Positions 62,270 through 64,000 of a stretch of 64,000 nucleotides of DNA are shown one piece after another. The stretch is from an uncultured Gammaproteobacteria bacterium (lineage in GTDB: Bacteria > Pseudomonadota > Gammaproteobacteria > HyVt-429), in assembly GCA_947259975.1 (NCBI GenBank), contig CAMYOD010000077.1:8473-72472 (forward strand), given 5' to 3'. The translations under genes were made by a program, and so were the position numbers. The notes under the pieces are model-generated. The model worked only from the letters and a program-made list of their open reading frames with translations, did no database searches and had not been told where the DNA came from. Each line of letters opens with the position of its first letter. The stretch's first letter is position 1.

Positions 62270-63223
62270 ATGTTCGATTTCGATAGCCTGGCCGATTCCC
62301 ATGTCCTCGTGGTCGGGGACGTCATGTTGGATCGGTACTGGTTCGGTGACGTCGACCGGATCTCGCCGGAGGCGCCGGTGCCGGTGATCTCGGTGGGTCA
62401 GCGCGAAGAACGCGCCGGCGGCGCTGCCAACGTGGCGCGCAATGTGGCCGCGCTGGGTACGCGCTGCACGCTCCTGTCCGCGGTCGGGGACGACGAAGCT
62501 GGCCGCAGCCTGGCGCAAATCCTCGGAGCCTCGGGCATCGATTGTCGCATGGGTATCGATCCGGAAACCGCGACGACAGTCAAACTGCGTATCATTTCCC
62601 GCAACCAGCAACTCATTCGCATCGATTCGGAGACCCCACCGAGTCATGAAGTGCTGCACCGTTGTTTGAAGGACTTCAAGGACGTAATTGACCAGTGTAA
62701 TGCGGTGATCCTGTCGGATTATGGCAAGGGTGGTCTTTTGCATATCGCCGAGATGATTTCCACCGCGCGCGATGCCGGAGTTCCGGTCATAGTCGATCCC
62801 AAGGGACTTGATTTTGCCCGTTACCGGGGCGCCAATCTCATCACTCCCAATGTCCGCGAGTTGGAACAGGTGGTGGGTCCCTGGGCATCGGACGATGCAC
62901 TGGCCTCTGCGGTAGGCGCACTGCTCGATGATCTGGATATCGATCAACTGCTGCTTACCCGCAGTGAACAGGGCATGTCCTTGTTCGGTAAAGGCGGTTC
63001 TGCGTTACACAGCCAGGCACGGGCGCGCGAAGTCTACGATGTCACCGGTGCGGGTGACACGGTGATTGCGGTGGTGGCCGCGGCGGTGGGCGGCAAGATC
63101 AATATCGACGACGCGCTCGCGGTTGCGAATGCCGCGGCGGGTATCGTCGTCGGCAAACTTGGTACCGCCGTTGTAACCCTGGCGGAACTGAAAGAAGTAT
63201 TTGCGCAACAGGGAACGGCATGA
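62270..63223 (+). CDS. hldA: D-glycero-beta-D-manno-heptose-7-phosphate kinase (RfaE/HldE domain I only)
   Basis: 317 aa co-linear with the N-terminal kinase half of E. coli HldE ('VVGDVMLDRYWFG…SPEAPVPV', 'DVTGAGDTVIAV'). No adenylyltransferase domain follows. Confidence 0.85.
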   Translation: MFDFDSLADSHVLVVGDVMLDRYWFGDVDRISPEAPVPVISVGQREERAGGAANVARNVAALGTRCTLLSAVGDDEAGRSLAQILGASGIDCRMGIDPETATTVKLRIISRNQQLIRIDSETPPSHEVLHRCLKDFKDVIDQCNAVILSDYGKGGLLHIAEMISTARDAGVPVIVDPKGLDFARYRGANLITPNVRELEQVVGPWASDDALASAVGALLDDLDIDQLLLTRSEQGMSLFGKGGSALHSQARAREVYDVTGAGDTVIAVVAAAVGGKINIDDALAVANAAAGIVVGKLGTAVVTLAELKEVFAQQGTA

Positions 63224-64000
63224 TCGTCGTCACCGGGGGTGCGGGCTTTATCGGCGGCAATCTTGTTCGCGCGCTGAATCAGCGGGGTGTCGATGAGATT
63301 CTGCTTGTGGATTCTGCGGCGGCGATTGAATCACGGGATCTGCATGGATGCCGTTACGCGGAGTGCATGGACGAAGAGGAATTCATTGCAACCGGCCTGA
63401 ATGGCCGGTTGGCGTCGCGGTTTACCGCGGTGCTACACCATGGCGCCTGTACCGATACCTTATGTACGGATGCGGATTATCTGCGTGCCAACATCCTTGA
63501 ATACTCGCAACGCATATTTTCAGTATGTCAGGAACGGCGCATCCCGCTGGTTTATGCTTCTTCCGCGTCGGTGTATGGGGCCGGCAGTGAATTTCGTGAA
63601 CAACAATCCTGTGAGCAACCGCTCAATGGCTATGCCAGCTACAAGTTGGCGTTCGACGAGTTTGTGCGCTCGCACCTGACAGCACTGCGCGCGCCCGTAG
63701 TTGGGCTGCGGTACTTCAATGTCTACGGCAGCGACGAGCGCCACAAGGGGCGCATGGCATCCATGGTCCACCAGCTGCAGAAGGCCTTCGCAGCGGAGGG
63801 TCAGGTGCGGCTGTTCGCCGGCAGCGATGGTGTCGGCGACGGTGAGCAGGCGCGGGATTTCGTGACCGTCGAGGACGTCGTCAAGGTAAATCTCTTTTTT
63901 CTGGATGACCCCCGTCATAGCGGGATCTATAATGTGGGTACCGGTGCCGCCGCAAGTTTCAACGCCGTGGCGCAGCAGGTAATCAATACGATGCGCGCGG
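63220..64000 (+). CDS. hldD: ADP-L-glycero-D-manno-heptose-6-epimerase (3'-truncated by the window edge)
   Basis: 'MIVVTGGAGFIGGNLVRALN', 'YASSASVYG', 'YASYK' are SDR epimerase motifs. The ATG overlaps the hldA stop (ATGA). Confidence 0.85.
   Translation, partial: MIVVTGGAGFIGGNLVRALNQRGVDEILLVDSAAAIESRDLHGCRYAECMDEEEFIATGLNGRLASRFTAVLHHGACTDTLCTDADYLRANILEYSQRIFSVCQERRIPLVYASSASVYGAGSEFREQQSCEQPLNGYASYKLAFDEFVRSHLTALRAPVVGLRYFNVYGSDERHKGRMASMVHQLQKAFAAEGQVRLFAGSDGVGDGEQARDFVTVEDVVKVNLFFLDDPRHSGIYNVGTGAAASFNAVAQQVINTMRA

Overview
The window is 64 kb of high-GC (about 65%) gammaproteobacterial chromosome. The pnp…, serC-pheA-hisC-tyrA-aroA-cmk-rpsA-ihfB, fabA-fabB and yci-type (yciV/yciO/yciI/yciK/lapA/lapB) gene order resembles Pseudomonadales/Chromatiales-type genomes. 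cbbY and a DsrE-like gene hint at an autotrophic sulfur oxidiser, but that is inference. Most of it (about 9.4-64 kb) is conserved core. It includes smc-zipA-ligA, trpS-scpA-scpB-rluB, fabAB, rsd, moaA, the aromatic/histidine amino-acid operon, gyrA, rpsA-ihfB, lapAB-pyrF and the start of an ADP-heptose/LPS cluster (ugd, hldA, hldD). The first about 9.4 kb after pnp is accessory. It holds five copies of a GGGTCGGAGTGAT-core REP element around a REP-associated tyrosine transposase (RAYT). Interleaved with them are an AT-rich (about 33% GC) small membrane-protein gene, a higB-higA toxin-antitoxin module with an operator palindrome, and a methyltransferase. Next come small secreted proteins, a DsrE-like periplasmic protein, and a 599-aa secreted protein made of four tandem DUF11 repeats. 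Divergent from that is a GT-C membrane glycosyltransferase plus a GT2 polyprenyl-phosphate-sugar synthase pair. Other notable points: dksA is broken by an out-of-frame deletion that removes the coiled-coil tip. Between yciK and an orphan BrnA-like antitoxin gene there is a perfect CRP-type site (TGTGA-N6-TCACA) at -41.5 of a -10 box, driving a roughly 150-nt terminator-ended candidate sRNA. A four-gene flippase/methyltransferase/sulfotransferase/GT2 glycan-modification module lies between an EndoIII-like gene and fabB. An FGGY kinase has its conserved N-terminal motif encoded upstream of any canonical start codon. No rRNA, tRNA or CRISPR was seen. I found no single unambiguous novel defence system. 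The REP/RAYT cassette region and the glycosyltransferase/DUF11 locus are the best candidates for undescribed biology.
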